Positions 61,636 through 64,000 of a stretch of 64,000 bases of DNA are shown piece after piece (within the stretch, counting starts at the first letter, position 1; each line of letters starts with the position of its first letter). The translations under genes were made by a program, and so were the position numbers. The notes under the pieces were generated by a model, which had not been told where the DNA came from, searched no databases, and was given only the letters and a program-made list of their open reading frames with translations. This DNA comes from Microcoleus sp. (lineage in GTDB: Bacteria > Cyanobacteriota > Cyanobacteriia > Cyanobacteriales > Microcoleaceae), in NCBI GenBank assembly GCA_052279835.1, contig CP181291.1, positions 2,656,001 to 2,720,000 on the forward strand, written 5' to 3'.

Positions 61636-62265
61636 GTGACAGCTATTCTACAAGTAACAGAACAGCCAACAGCACAAGACTACTTCACTCCAGAAGAATA
61701 TCTCGCCCTGGAAAAAGCAGCAGAGTACAAAAGTGAATATCTCGACGGAGTAATTATTCCCATAACAGGTGGAACTACGAATCATAATCGCATTTCTTTG
61801 AATATGAGTATAGCATTACGTCTTGCTCTTAAGGGACTTGACTATGATGTTTTCATCGGTGACGTGCGTCTGTGGCTGCCGAAAAAGCGATTTTATACTT
61901 ATCCCGATGTGATGGTAATTCCGGGCAAACCTGAGTATTACAATAATCGCCAGGATACGGTGATGAATCCTCAAGCGATTGTGGAAGTTTTATCTAAATC
62001 TACGAAAGCTTACGATCGCAGTGATAAATTTAAGTTATATCAAACGATTCCGACCTTTCAAGAGTATATTCTGATTGACCAATCCCAGGTTTATATAGAA
62101 CAGTATTGTAAGTTGGCAAACAAGCGGTGGTCTTACCGTCAGTATGATGAGGAAGATGCGGCGTTAGTTTTTAATTTCTTTCAAGTTGAAGTTGCGCTGG
62201 CTGATGTCTATGAGAAGGTGGATTTTGATGCGGAAAATGAGGCGGAAGAAAGCGGGGAGGAATAA
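61636..62265 (+). CDS. Uma2 family endonuclease-fold protein
   Basis: YPDVMV, VEVLSKST-x2-YDR-x2-KF and EYILIDQ motifs. Confidence 0.9.
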   Translation: MTAILQVTEQPTAQDYFTPEEYLALEKAAEYKSEYLDGVIIPITGGTTNHNRISLNMSIALRLALKGLDYDVFIGDVRLWLPKKRFYTYPDVMVIPGKPEYYNNRQDTVMNPQAIVEVLSKSTKAYDRSDKFKLYQTIPTFQEYILIDQSQVYIEQYCKLANKRWSYRQYDEEDAALVFNFFQVEVALADVYEKVDFDAENEAEESGEE

Positions 62266-62386
62266 GGTATTTCGCTTTGTTGGGAATGCGGGTTATCATT
62301 TAAGTGAGCGATTCCCTTCGGGATAGCTTCGCACGCGCGTACTCAAAAGAAATATTTGTTCAACATCCTTGTGGGAGAATATCAAG

Positions 62387-63004
62387 ATGACAGCCACTTT
62401 GCAAACAACCGAGCAACGTTACTGCACAGAAGAGCAATATTTAGCACTGGAAGAAACAGCAGAGTACAAAAGCGAATATCTCGACGGAGAAATTATTGCT
62501 ATGACAGGCGGATCTACCAATCACAATCGGATCTCAGGAAATGTTTACATTGCTTTAAATTTTAGTCTTCCAGAACAAGAGTATGATGTCTTCATCGGTG
62601 ACGTGCGTCTGTGGATACCAAAAGTGCGACTGTACACTTATCCCGATGTAATGGTAATTTTTGGACAACCTGAGTACCGCAGCAATCGCACAGACACGAT
62701 TACCAACCCTCAAGTTATTGTGGAAGTTTTATCAAAGTCTACTAAAAACTACGATCGAGTTGACAAGTTTACATTTTACAAAACTATACCTTCTTTTCGA
62801 GAATACATTCTGATTGACCAAACAAAAATCAAAATCGAGCAGTATTCTAAAACCGAGAATAAAAGATGGTTGTATAGCGAGTATGATGAGGAAGATACGG
62901 CATTAGTGTTTAATTCCTTTCAGCTAGAAGTTCCTCTATCTGCTATTTATAAGAAAGTTAATTTTGAGCAAGTTGAGCAAGAAGATAGTCAAAATGAGGA
63001 GTGA
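62387..63004 (+). CDS. Uma2 family endonuclease-fold protein (tandem paralog)
   Basis: Same motifs; closely similar to the upstream copy. Confidence 0.9.
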   Translation: MTATLQTTEQRYCTEEQYLALEETAEYKSEYLDGEIIAMTGGSTNHNRISGNVYIALNFSLPEQEYDVFIGDVRLWIPKVRLYTYPDVMVIFGQPEYRSNRTDTITNPQVIVEVLSKSTKNYDRVDKFTFYKTIPSFREYILIDQTKIKIEQYSKTENKRWLYSEYDEEDTALVFNSFQLEVPLSAIYKKVNFEQVEQEDSQNEE

Positions 63005-63031
63005 GGGTGATTCCCTACGGGATAGCTTCGT

Positions 63032-63316
63032 TTACCAGTTACCGTAATTTTCCTGATGCTCTTTGATAGCTGCTTTGAGGGCGGGGTTAGGTTCGGGTGG
63101 ATTTTCGATCGCAGATGCAAAGATTTCCCAGTCGCGATCGCTCAATACAATTTGGTCTACTTCTAGAGGTGGCTGTTTGGCTGCTTTCAGAGCGATTTCT
63201 AGGAGGTATTCGCCTAGACTCATAGACTTGGCGGCGGCGGCTTTTTCTAGAATTTCTTGATCTGTTTGGCTGAGGGTTAGCTCTATTTTTGTTTGGGTAT
63301 CGGTTGGTGTTGACAT
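63032..63316 (-). CDS. DUF1778 (TacA-like) antitoxin
   Basis: ILEKAAA-x2-SMSLGEYLL...IVLSDRDWEIF...PPEPNPALKAA, with its own ATG at 63316. Confidence 0.8.
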   Translation of the reverse strand: MSTPTDTQTKIELTLSQTDQEILEKAAAAKSMSLGEYLLEIALKAAKQPPLEVDQIVLSDRDWEIFASAIENPPEPNPALKAAIKEHQENYGNW

Positions 63317-63381
63317 TGTTTTGTTATAAAAGGGCGATCGACTAATTTTATTGTAGCAATATCGATCGGAGTAAGATTGGC

Positions 63382-63928
63382 TCACCTCTGAATTACCCGA
63401 TGCACTTCTGCTAACGGCAGTTTCTAAAGATTCTGCAATTTGTTCGGCACTCAAACCCAGTTTTGCCAATTTAGGGACTGCTTCTAACTTAGCTTTGCGT
63501 TCGGCTTCTTCTAAAAGTTTTTGATAATTTGGATATTCTTTGACATCATTATCACTTTTATTGTCTGATTCCGATCGTTCTGACGAAAGTGATTCAGATT
63601 CTTGTGCGGGATTACTACAAAAATTAATATGCCCAATTTGTACCGGATTCCCACTATTTGAGAAATTTACTATTCGCCATCTTTCTACCGTAGCGCGAAA
63701 GTTTGATTTGTTAATGTCTGCGCCCAGCGCAGTTGAGAGCATCTGCCATAGCTCATAGCTAGCATCCCTTACATGACCCTGACTACAGTGATATTCTTCC
63801 GCAATTTGTGCGTATTTCCGATTATTCAAGACTCCCTTGAGGATTGCTACTTGCAGGGTGTCGAGGTGTTTGCCAGTCTTGGCAAACACTAGCTCATCAA
63901 TAGAGTTTAAGACCTGTTGGGCATCCAT
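63382..63928 (-). CDS. Cyanobacterial N-terminal HTH domain protein (type usually preceding NB-ARC/AAA ATPases); frameshift fuses it to the downstream gene
   Basis: GKHLDTLQVAILKG...Y-x2-IA...LWQMLS-x2-LG-x2-INKSNFR; tail KLEAVPKL-x2-LGLSAEQIA; an alternate frame ends LPLAEVHRVIQR*. Confidence 0.6.
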
Positions 63929-64000
63929 CAGCATATCTGAATACAACACTATTTTAATATAACCCGTTTTTTTCCGACTTTATCCGCTTTTTTCCGACTT

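Noticed and set aside
61636..63004. Tandem Uma2 genes as a new restriction or defence system
   Set aside because: Uma2 paralogs are very numerous in cyanobacteria, and no methyltransferase or partner gene is adjacent.

Overview
Chromosomal window from a filamentous cyanobacterium. HIP1 GCGATCGC/CGATCG sites are abundant, there are heptamer STRR arrays, and genes include raf1, nblS/hik33 and 6S RNA next to purK. The repeat style suggests Oscillatoriales (Microcoleus/Tychonema-like), which is an inference. Most of the window is housekeeping and signalling: cbiET, holA, rplT-rpmI, purK, purD, nblS, rps1b, a UvrD-like helicase, raf1, menG, rimP-nusA-ylxR-infB, yqeK-rsfS-ycf36-asparaginase, tRNA-fMet, a CheY-CheC-diguanylate cyclase operon and a large PAS histidine kinase. 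Intergenic space holds MITE/REP-like repeats and three IS200/IS605-type (TnpB) remnants. The most interesting signals are: (1) a Ser/Thr kinase-GUN4 gene whose 3' end is strongly adenine-depleted, like a diversity-generating retroelement variable region, with no RT or template repeat in the window; (2) a frameshifted PEP-CTERM gene translationally coupled to an O-antigen-ligase-like gene; (3) a protein-free structured element ending in an IS605-type right end, in the leader of a 2H-phosphoesterase gene; (4) a candidate sRNA or micropeptide with two tandem hairpins and a terminator; (5) a 45-aa four-Cys insertion in Hik33; (6) a TetR-GST pair with matching operators; and (7) a decayed regulator/antitoxin islet at the right end. 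No CRISPR array, rRNA or prophage was seen. All assignments come from reading the sequence, with no database searches.
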